NCBI GenBank assembly: GCA_949300335.1
Contig: CASGDV010000067.1
Location: 44,761-108,760, forward strand
Source of the DNA: an uncultured Bacteroidales bacterium
GTDB lineage: Bacteria > Bacteroidota > Bacteroidia > Bacteroidales > UBA932
Direction: 5' to 3'
Length of the DNA stretch: 64,000 nucleotides
Below are positions 19,856 to 28,152 of this stretch, piece by piece; position 1 is the first letter of the stretch, and each line of letters starts with the position of its first letter. Both the position numbers and the translations under genes were made by a program. The notes beneath the pieces are model-generated. The model was not told the DNA's origin and did not search any database. It saw only the letters and a program-made list of their open reading frames with translations.

Positions 19856-22709
19856 TGATTCTGTAAGTGTCGATTGAATGGTGACCGACAGGAAGAGTAA
19901 TCTTGTCTCCTTTCACTGCCACTGTTTCCTGATCTTCCTCAATCATGCTGCATTTCACGACTTTCGCAGCCTTGAAAGGAAGTTCGATGGTAACGTTCTT
20001 GTCCTTTCCTTCCATTTCCGTGATTCTTAGGATGATACCGTTTCCGTCATCGGCTTTCTTGAATGCATTTACGGAAACGAACGGATCCGAAACCTTCACG
20101 AAACTCATGCTCTCAGGCAGCGTTCCCTCACCAGCTTCCCTGATTTCAACTCTGAGCGGCCTGTTTGCTTCGATACCGAACTTGTAGCCGTTCTTCCAGC
20201 CTTCCGGATGTGACATCACCGAGAAGTTGAACTCATGAGTTCCGGTCTGATGGTACCAGTTGCCTTCACCGTGGCAGCTCTTGTGTGATGAAAGCAGTAT
20301 ACCCTGCATAACAGGATAGTCTGCCTGCTCCCTTGACGGATCAATCCAGTCTCCTACCGCAACGCATGATGACATTGTGAATCCTATTCCGTTGCCGCTT
20401 GCGGACATGAAGTTCTGTACCTCTCTAGGGTGAGAATCTTCAGGATGGAAAACATATGTACCGCCCCAGCTCCATCCCATCGGAATTGTCTTCATTTCGT
20501 CTCTTCCGACACGGAGCACTCCCATAGGAACCTCATAGTCTATTTCGGCCTCTTCCTGTTTCATGTCAAGAGGGAAGGCTATGCGGTACTGGCGGTTGTG
20601 CGCACCGTTGAAGTTGATAAGGGTTACGTCGAAATCTATCTTCTTGCTTTCATGATAGATAGTTATCACCTGGCGGATGTCTGCGTTGGTTGTCTTCTGG
20701 ATATTCTCATATATGGCGCAGACAGGACCGTTGCCAACCAGTTTCCATGAAGCTTTCATATTCCTCAGGGATGTGATGTCACCAGCCACAGGATCTGTGA
20801 TTCTGTTGAACTCTCCTGCACCGTTGCCGGTATATCCCACTTCAATCACATCTCCGAAAGAGAACTTCTCCTTCTGTACGAGATCTTTTCCCAGTTCCTT
20901 GTCGATTATGGATTCTATACCGCCGTTCCCGAAGAGAATCTTGTAGTAATTATTCTCATACCAGTTGCTGCCGGATTTAACGGTTGACGGAACTTCGAAT
21001 GATTTTTCTTTCTTTGCCGCCTTATATGAGTAGCTCTTGTATCCTGCCGAAGGGATGCCCTTTGCGACGAATGCGTAGAACTCACTTCCTTTTCTCGATA
21101 TCTTCTGTACCGGAATTTCCTTTCCGTTTTCATCATAAATTGAAACCGGACCGTTCTCGCAGCTTACATAAGCCAGACCGTCACGTTCCCATGTGAGATC
21201 ATTGAACACAACAATGCTGTTCTTCTTAAGGGAAATATTGTCAGAGATGGCGGAAACCGCATTGCCTAGAAGTTCTGCACCTATCTTCTGCGCAGTAACG
21301 AGACTGTCTGTGAATATCGAGTCAGTTATGTCTCCATGCTTTCCTCCGAGGCCGTGGTCAGGATAGATTGAAGCCATCCATCCTCTGTCAAGAAGTTCTC
21401 TCGGATACCTGTTCTCTGCATCCAGCTGCTCGGCTACGACGGAGAACATCTCCGCAGACGGAAGTGTCACTGCAGCTTCCCTCTTTGCCACTGTCTGCTG
21501 GTAGTGTGCAGGACCGTGGATATAGAGCCACAGGTCAGGACGTTCTCCCGACACTTTCTCGAATTCAGGCGTTCCCTCCTTCACGATGTTGAAGTAATGC
21601 TCCGATGTGGAACTTGTCAGGTGAGGAATCTGTCCTTCCGCCATATCGGCTATCTTGTTCCATTCATCTATCACAGGTGTGAAATCTATTGGTTTAGTTG
21701 CATCGCAGCTGATGAGGACTGCGTAATGAGGAGGAATATTCCTTGTCCTGAAATAATTGTCCCACAATGCAAGTCTTATCTGGAGTTTTTCCATGGCAGG
21801 TACGGCCCCGTTGTCGAAGAATTTCCACATGAGGGTTGCCCAGCCGTAGTTTCCCGGCGAGAATGTGAATACTTTCGAACCGTCCGGACTGTACCAGTCA
21901 TACAGACCTTCTCCCATACGGCTTATGAACAGGTTCTCTATTCCGCTCTTGGACAGAATCTGGGCCATCTGGAGAGTCCTGCCGGGTACATCTATGTTGT
22001 TTGCAGTCCTGTCATCGCATCCCGGAAGATTGTCCTTTATCCATTTCCTTCCGAAATATGCCTGGCGGACAAGCTGTTCTCCCGAAGAAAGACCCTCATA
22101 CGGCTGGTTATATGTGGCACCCCAGTAGAAACGGCCTTCCTTGTATCTCTGAATCACCTCATCCTTTCTTTCAGGATGTGCTTCCAGAAACTCCATCAGA
22201 TTCAATGTCTGCTCCATCTCGAATGTGAAGTCCGGATTTTCCTTCATTATCTCCAGTGCTGGAATGATGATGTCATTTATCCTTTCCGTACGGCAGTATT
22301 CCGGAGTGTTCATCCATGCTATGTCCTGATGAGATGACTGGATGATATGTATTGTTCCGTCTGCGAAATACCCCCAGTCCGACGTAATCGGTGCCTGGAT
22401 TATGTATGAGGAAATCTCGTTCTTTCCGGACACCACGCTGAGGCGGTTTTCAGTCCCTATCAGAGGCAGCCATGCATAAAGGCTGTCGCCGGCGGCATTT
22501 GTCTCGTATGAAATAGGCTGGCCGTCAATCTTTACCGCATCTTTCTTTCCGAGAGGTTTGTCCAGCCTTATCCATGAACGGATTTTAAGGCTGCCGTCCT
22601 TCTTCTCATAGCTGAGAGGAGTCGTCTTTCCGTGTTCTACTATCTGCTGCGCAGAAACGCTTGTCGATACCAGGGCAAGAGCCACTGCTGTAAATAGTGT
22701 CTTTTTCAT
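19845..22709 (-). CDS. GH38-like alpha-mannosidase (divergent)
   Basis: SHQDIAW, GEQLVRQ, DVPG at the nucleophile position, C-terminal KKADDGNGIILR. Confidence 0.82.
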   Translation of the reverse strand: MKKTLFTAVALALVSTSVSAQQIVEHGKTTPLSYEKKDGSLKIRSWIRLDKPLGKKDAVKIDGQPISYETNAAGDSLYAWLPLIGTENRLSVVSGKNEISSYIIQAPITSDWGYFADGTIHIIQSSHQDIAWMNTPEYCRTERINDIIIPALEIMKENPDFTFEMEQTLNLMEFLEAHPERKDEVIQRYKEGRFYWGATYNQPYEGLSSGEQLVRQAYFGRKWIKDNLPGCDDRTANNIDVPGRTLQMAQILSKSGIENLFISRMGEGLYDWYSPDGSKVFTFSPGNYGWATLMWKFFDNGAVPAMEKLQIRLALWDNYFRTRNIPPHYAVLISCDATKPIDFTPVIDEWNKIADMAEGQIPHLTSSTSEHYFNIVKEGTPEFEKVSGERPDLWLYIHGPAHYQQTVAKREAAVTLPSAEMFSVVAEQLDAENRYPRELLDRGWMASIYPDHGLGGKHGDITDSIFTDSLVTAQKIGAELLGNAVSAISDNISLKKNSIVVFNDLTWERDGLAYVSCENGPVSIYDENGKEIPVQKISRKGSEFYAFVAKGIPSAGYKSYSYKAAKKEKSFEVPSTVKSGSNWYENNYYKILFGNGGIESIIDKELGKDLVQKEKFSFGDVIEVGYTGNGAGEFNRITDPVAGDITSLRNMKASWKLVGNGPVCAIYENIQKTTNADIRQVITIYHESKKIDFDVTLINFNGAHNRQYRIAFPLDMKQEEAEIDYEVPMGVLRVGRDEMKTIPMGWSWGGTYVFHPEDSHPREVQNFMSASGNGIGFTMSSCVAVGDWIDPSREQADYPVMQGILLSSHKSCHGEGNWYHQTGTHEFNFSVMSHPEGWKNGYKFGIEANRPLRVEIREAGEGTLPESMSFVKVSDPFVSVNAFKKADDGNGIILRITEMEGKDKNVTIELPFKAAKVVKCSMIEEDQETVAVKGDKITLPVGHHSIDTYRIIAE

Positions 22710-22724
22710 TTTGATCTTATTGTG

Positions 22725-24452
22725 TTATTGGTTGTTCAGTAATGCCTTAGTCTGCTCGGGACGGTATTTCATCCTTACCCTCCACAGCAGTTCGTTGATT
22801 GATACGGTATGTATTCCGTCCATCAGCAGATCCTTTGCCGCTTTCGTAGGATTGTAACCTACGGCCGGATTTCCGCTTATCCTGCTGGTCTCAGCAAAGT
22901 TGGACCATGCATGTACGATTGTCCATGACAGAACGTCTTCATCATCCTCGGCAGCTGCAGTCACATCCCTGTTTATGAGTGATGCAACAAATTCAGGGAC
23001 ACCGGCTCTCGGCCTGAAATCTGTGACTTCATTCCAGATACTGTATCTTGAAGTCATGACAGGTATGTCGATTCCTGCCTTGTTCTTCACCCAGTAGATT
23101 TCTCCGTCAAGCTCATACGGTGCGTATTGCACGGCCAGCATGCCTGTGATGCCCGGCATCTCTTCAGCATATATCTGATAGGCTTCAAGAGCTTCGGGGC
23201 TGTCTACGTCGCGGCAGATGAATCCGAATACTTTCACGCCTGTCTTTTCCATCTGCGCGTTCACTCTCCTTGCAAATTCCCTGAGAAGCTCCGGACGGTT
23301 TTCCCTTTCAATGGCGAAGAGATCCGGATACTGGTATCCTCCTCCATATTCTATGAAAGTCGTTTCATTTGCGTTCTGGTATTCCGCGAATGCGTTCCAT
23401 GTCACAGGAGTAAGTATGGACAGATTTGTAGGGCTGCTTGTCCAGCTCATGCCGGCATCGGCAGCTTTTCCGCCTCCCATGTAACAGTCTGATGACAGGT
23501 AATTGTTCATTGACCATTGTATGTTGTCACCGTCACTCATTACGAAGGCATGGAATGAACCTTCCCTGCTGAAATCTATGTCGGACAATTCCACTTCCTT
23601 CACCTTCTTGAGTTCTATGTTTTCACCTACAGAAGAAATGAACGGGAGATTGTAACACCAGTTGGTCGCGGAATTGTAATGTCCCCATCTGGCGATGACG
23701 CTCGTGAAGTCGAATTCGTCTCCGCATCCCCATCCGAGGATAGGGGAGAGAGGCTCGACCCATTCAAGAACCTTGTCTATCAGGTCTCTTCTGTCATCGT
23801 ACAGCATAATTTTGTGGGCAATCGCATAATCCCTGAGGTTGTGTACCGAAGGCGGTATGCTGAGTGCGGTGTGATTGTTCAGCTTCGACTTGTTTTTCGC
23901 GAAACATTCTTCCAGGCTTTCATTTCTGGCATCCTTAAGGCATTTGAGACCGGCTTTTTCAGCCTTCTCCTTGTTCCCGAGGTCTATGAGTGCGCCTTTG
24001 AGCAGACCGGCATATACAGTGGCCGTATTTGCCGAGTATTCCGTGCCGGGGTTGGTCGCGTATGGATTTGCGTGCACTTTGTCGAGTTCGTAGAGGACAT
24101 AGCCTTTCACCACGCCTTGCTTTTTCAGGTATGAGAGGAGACTCCATGTGTCCATAATCCGGATGTCGGTGATGTTCAGGGCACAGATTGATTTTTCAAG
24201 AACATCATCGTAGGCCGGTACATCCACTTTCATCCATACCATAGTGTCGAATTTGCCTTCATTGACAGCTTGTGCGGCCAGACCGGAAAGTGATTCCTGA
24301 AGCATGGTTTCCGCCAGATCGGCAGGCTGTGTGCAGATTATGAGTTTTGCAGGAGCCTTCTGTTCAGGCCAGCCGTGCCTGTTTGCAACATTCTCCGCCA
24401 GAAGCATCACGCTGCTCATGACGAACAGGATAATAGTGCAGAATTTTTTCAT
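22725..24452 (-). CDS. GxGYxYP-domain putative glycoside hydrolase
   Basis: MSDGDNIQW and GGGYQYP motifs; signal peptide. Confidence 0.8.
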   Translation of the reverse strand: MKKFCTIILFVMSSVMLLAENVANRHGWPEQKAPAKLIICTQPADLAETMLQESLSGLAAQAVNEGKFDTMVWMKVDVPAYDDVLEKSICALNITDIRIMDTWSLLSYLKKQGVVKGYVLYELDKVHANPYATNPGTEYSANTATVYAGLLKGALIDLGNKEKAEKAGLKCLKDARNESLEECFAKNKSKLNNHTALSIPPSVHNLRDYAIAHKIMLYDDRRDLIDKVLEWVEPLSPILGWGCGDEFDFTSVIARWGHYNSATNWCYNLPFISSVGENIELKKVKEVELSDIDFSREGSFHAFVMSDGDNIQWSMNNYLSSDCYMGGGKAADAGMSWTSSPTNLSILTPVTWNAFAEYQNANETTFIEYGGGYQYPDLFAIERENRPELLREFARRVNAQMEKTGVKVFGFICRDVDSPEALEAYQIYAEEMPGITGMLAVQYAPYELDGEIYWVKNKAGIDIPVMTSRYSIWNEVTDFRPRAGVPEFVASLINRDVTAAAEDDEDVLSWTIVHAWSNFAETSRISGNPAVGYNPTKAAKDLLMDGIHTVSINELLWRVRMKYRPEQTKALLNNQ

Positions 24453-24497
24453 CGTTGTCTGTTTGAGTTTGTTTTTGAGTTAATCCGTATGTCTATA

Positions 24498-24505
24498 CAA
24501 AGTTA
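24498..24505 (-). promoter_or_regulatory. Internal -7 promoter element for the GxGYxYP-GH38-GH92-MFS-methyltransferase sub-operon
   Basis: CAAAGTTA reads TAACTTTG on the minus strand, just downstream of a terminator. Confidence 0.55.
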
Positions 24506-24525
24506 CTTTTTTGTTCCGTATTATC

Positions 24526-24567
24526 AAAAAATACAAGGTCCGGCATCGGCCGATGCCGGGACCTTGT
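24526..24567 (-). terminator. Rho-independent terminator ending the lamG-susC-susD-GxGYxYP transcript
   Basis: ACAAGGTCCGGCATCG / CGATGCCGGGACCTTGT stem followed by a T-run on the minus strand. Confidence 0.75.
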
Positions 24568-24575
24568 GAGGGATT

Positions 24576-26486
24576 CTAGAAATATTCGGATAGATATTTC
24601 TGTGTCTGCTCCGGCCTGTATTCCATTCTGATACGCCAGATCAGTTCCTGTATGTTCACGACATTGATATTGTCATCCAGCCTGTCTGCACATTTCCTGG
24701 CAGCGGATGAACCTCTGATGGTACCTCCTGCAGCATTCTCGGCGAGCTCGTCATCAGAATCTCCTATATCCGTGAAATTGCTCCATGCATGGACAATTAC
24801 GGATGAGAACTTGGATGATTCAGGCTCTGAATTCAGTTTGTGCGCAACATATGCAGGCGTTCCGTCCCTTTCCTGGTTTACTGCTCCGAAATTCCAGATA
24901 GAATAGCGGACAGTGATTACCGGGATGTCATATCCTGCCTTGTTGGTTACCCAGAGGATATCACCGCTTCCGGCAGCATATGAAGGAGCATACTGTATGG
25001 CTATGATACCCTCGAGCTGGTCGTTTGCATCAACGAATGCCTGATATGCTTCTATAGCTTCGGCCGATTTCGGGTCGTGCGCAATCTGCTCGAGTACCTT
25101 CACCCTGTGCTGACGCATGTGTGCCGCAACTTTTTCTGCAAGTGATTTCAGTAATTCAGGACGGTTCTTTGCCTTTCCGAAATCATCGCTGTACCAGTAT
25201 CCGCCTCCGAAACTTTCGATATAGGTAGAATTCTTAGGCTGGCTGTTCATGATGAACTCAAACTGGGTAGGGTCCATCTGGCAAAGGTTCGACATTGTCA
25301 CACCGAAACTCATCTTGACGGTATCGGTATTCGCGTCGCTGATGTAGTTCTCATACAGACCGTTCATCGCCCAGCCGAGGTGCGGACCGTCCGAAAGGTA
25401 GAATGAAACGAACTTGCCCGGTTTCGAATAATCGATGTCCTGAGGATTGATTACATTGGCAAGCAGCTGCTTCTGCTTGTTCTTGTAGTTGTTTGAGAAA
25501 TAAGGAATGTTGAAGTCGGCAGTAGCCACCATCATGTTTCCGCTCTCGGATACAGGTTTCACGAATACATCTTCTCCGACACCCGGCTCCCATCCGTATA
25601 CAGGCGAGTTCGGTTTCAGCCATGCGAGGACTTCCTTGAACAGTTCCGTATTCTGACCGCCTTCGGCAGTATTGTATTTCTTGTTGAGGTTGATAACGAA
25701 CAGGCCGTTGGCTATAGCAAAGTCAGCAAGCTCTCCTGTATGCACAGGCATCACTACAAGTGCGCTGTTGTCACATTTGTCCTTGAACTCGTTCCATGAA
25801 TCCCGGGTGGTCTTCTTGGTCGCATCGTAAATCATTGTATAACCCCTGTCCTCGAAATACTGTCTGTCTCTTACGTCTACGATTACAGATTCATAAACAT
25901 GCGAGGCAACGACAGCCACGATTCCGCTTTCAGGATTGTTTACCACATCGGTAAGGACGAATGTCTTGTTTATCTGGTCCATCATGCCTCCGTCAAGAGG
26001 AAGATAGCCCGGATTAGTCATAGGGTCGAATGTCCACACAATCCAGTTCGGAGCTATCTTCAGTTCGTTTCTCTTGTTCTTGTAGGAATTCACTCCGTTT
26101 GCTGCATCCATCCATGCACCTGCAATTATTTTTCCTTCAGCTACAGCACGGTCGTTTATTCCGGCAAATGACTGGCAGAGCAGGTGATACTGCAGTCCGA
26201 ATCCTCCGCCTGCCGTGATGCTTCCGTTCGGTACATTCGGATCATTTCTGTTTGCCAGTGAAGTCGCATACAGTTCATAGTACAACTGAGGCAGGTTGGC
26301 CATTCTGTCAGGATGCCAGAACTGCCCTTTGTCTGCGATAGGATCATACTGCTCCAAATAGTATTTGGGCTCAACGTCATTTATGCCGGCGTTGAAACGG
26401 TCATCGTCCAGCGGTGTGTCATACCACCTGTCGCATGAGATGAATGAGATGACAGCTGCCGCTAAAAATATTAATGTCTTTTTCAT
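24576..26486 (-). CDS. GxGYxYP-family surface lipoprotein (degenerate motif)
   Basis: Lipobox FISC; LSDGPH and GGGYWYS; clear similarity to the 22725-24452 protein (AIQYAP, IPVITVRYSIWN, VHAWSNF, WRIRMEYRPEQT). Confidence 0.75.
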   Translation of the reverse strand: MKKTLIFLAAAVISFISCDRWYDTPLDDDRFNAGINDVEPKYYLEQYDPIADKGQFWHPDRMANLPQLYYELYATSLANRNDPNVPNGSITAGGGFGLQYHLLCQSFAGINDRAVAEGKIIAGAWMDAANGVNSYKNKRNELKIAPNWIVWTFDPMTNPGYLPLDGGMMDQINKTFVLTDVVNNPESGIVAVVASHVYESVIVDVRDRQYFEDRGYTMIYDATKKTTRDSWNEFKDKCDNSALVVMPVHTGELADFAIANGLFVINLNKKYNTAEGGQNTELFKEVLAWLKPNSPVYGWEPGVGEDVFVKPVSESGNMMVATADFNIPYFSNNYKNKQKQLLANVINPQDIDYSKPGKFVSFYLSDGPHLGWAMNGLYENYISDANTDTVKMSFGVTMSNLCQMDPTQFEFIMNSQPKNSTYIESFGGGYWYSDDFGKAKNRPELLKSLAEKVAAHMRQHRVKVLEQIAHDPKSAEAIEAYQAFVDANDQLEGIIAIQYAPSYAAGSGDILWVTNKAGYDIPVITVRYSIWNFGAVNQERDGTPAYVAHKLNSEPESSKFSSVIVHAWSNFTDIGDSDDELAENAAGGTIRGSSAARKCADRLDDNINVVNIQELIWRIRMEYRPEQTQKYLSEYF

Positions 26487-26499
26487 GTTCCGATTCATT

Positions 26500-28140
26500 T
26501 TAGTTTCTGTAACCTTCATTCTGCTCCAGTCCTTTAAGTTTTATCCTTTCGTTATAAGGTATAGGACGCACCAAATGTATTTTCTGGAGATTGTCGTAAT
26601 GTGCTACAAGCGGATTGAGATATCCTCTTGTCAAAAGAGTCTGTGTACGTTTCAAATCGAACCAGCGGTCATGTTCTCCGAACATTTCGCAACCTTTTTC
26701 CTCGAGCAGCCTGTCCATGGTCATTTCTGAAACGTTGTTGAGTTTCAGGAGTGCATAAATCTCCGGATCATAGCTTGCAGCTCTTTCAAGGATGCTGTTC
26801 ACTTTCTTCATTGCCTCATCAGGCTGGTTATTCATGAGATAGGCCTCAGCTGCAAGGAAGTAGGCGTCAGCCATACGGAAGACAATATCTTCACGGGTAC
26901 CTTTTTCGCCCCATTTGATTTTAGTTTCCTGGAACTTGCGGCACATAGGCATGCAGTCTGTAGTCCATCCCATCATAGGAAGGGCCGGGACCCAGTTGTA
27001 GTTGCCGTCTGCATCATAGAAAGGATAGTAATATTCCGCCCCCTTGCTGTCACCGGACTCATCGTTCCACAACGGCATATATATACCGAGTTCACCGTAG
27101 TTTTCATTTGTAGGATCATTTATATAGAACTCGCGTTTGAACGTCACGTCATATCTCGGATCCTTGTCCGGATGTCTGAACCACTGATGAACAATCGGAT
27201 TTACCCAGATGTTCCTCTGCATTGCAGCATACTCGGTTTGATCCTGTATGAAAAGTCCCGGATAAAGCCCCAGAAGGTTGAAGCCGAACTGAGTATGCAT
27301 CCAGTTGCCTCCGCCGTCGAAGTTCTTGTCCGATCCATACTGGATTGACCATATTATCTCCTTATTACCCTGGTTGCTCTCATCGAACACTTCGGCAAAA
27401 GTAGGAAGAAGTTTGTAGTCGGATGAAGAAATTACGGATTCAAACATTTTTATTGAATTGTCAAGGTCTTTTTCTTCCGCATAGTCACGGTAAGATCTTG
27501 TAAGATAAACCTTTCCGAGCAGCATCCTGACTGCTGCATCATTTACCCTTCCTGTCTGGTATGATGTCTCCGGCAGTAGTCCCTTGATTGCTTCGAGTTC
27601 GGTTACAAGGAAATCATAGATATCTTTTTCAGGAGTTCTGGTTACTTCTGTTATGATTTCTTTTTCCTCTTTTGTCAGAAGAGGTACTGGACCGAATGTT
27701 TCAACCATATAGTAATAGGACAGTGCCCTGAAGAATCTTGCTTCGGCAGTCATCCTTTCATAGTCGGAACCTGCAAGTTCCGGTGTACACCTGTTCATAA
27801 GTATATTCACTTCCTGTATTACCCTGTAATGCAGTTTCCAATATCCGTCAAGTCCGGAAAGACCTGAGAGATCTTGATTGTATCCGTTGAACTGTGCAGA
27901 AGTAGGACTCTCATCGCATGACATGTACATGTCGGTTCCGAGATATTGAAGAGTATAATTTGAATATACGGATCTGTACCTGCCGTATAGGTTCACAATC
28001 AGTCTTTCCTGGCCTTCTTTCGTGTCGTAGTACTCGGTCGTTACTGCAGACGGATCATAAATGTCCAGGAAGTCACAGCTCGTTGCCGAAAATATCGTTG
28101 CTGCAGAAATTGCAGTCATTATAATATGTTTTGCTTTCAT
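26500..28140 (-). CDS. susD: SusD/RagB family glycan-binding lipoprotein
   Basis: Lipobox TSCD; AEARFFRA, FGPVP, FRMADAYFLAAEA, GEHDRWFDLKR, QNEGY. Confidence 0.93.
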   Translation of the reverse strand: MKAKHIIMTAISAATIFSATSCDFLDIYDPSAVTTEYYDTKEGQERLIVNLYGRYRSVYSNYTLQYLGTDMYMSCDESPTSAQFNGYNQDLSGLSGLDGYWKLHYRVIQEVNILMNRCTPELAGSDYERMTAEARFFRALSYYYMVETFGPVPLLTKEEKEIITEVTRTPEKDIYDFLVTELEAIKGLLPETSYQTGRVNDAAVRMLLGKVYLTRSYRDYAEEKDLDNSIKMFESVISSSDYKLLPTFAEVFDESNQGNKEIIWSIQYGSDKNFDGGGNWMHTQFGFNLLGLYPGLFIQDQTEYAAMQRNIWVNPIVHQWFRHPDKDPRYDVTFKREFYINDPTNENYGELGIYMPLWNDESGDSKGAEYYYPFYDADGNYNWVPALPMMGWTTDCMPMCRKFQETKIKWGEKGTREDIVFRMADAYFLAAEAYLMNNQPDEAMKKVNSILERAASYDPEIYALLKLNNVSEMTMDRLLEEKGCEMFGEHDRWFDLKRTQTLLTRGYLNPLVAHYDNLQKIHLVRPIPYNERIKLKGLEQNEGYRN

Positions 28141-28152
28141 TTCCGTTGCATG

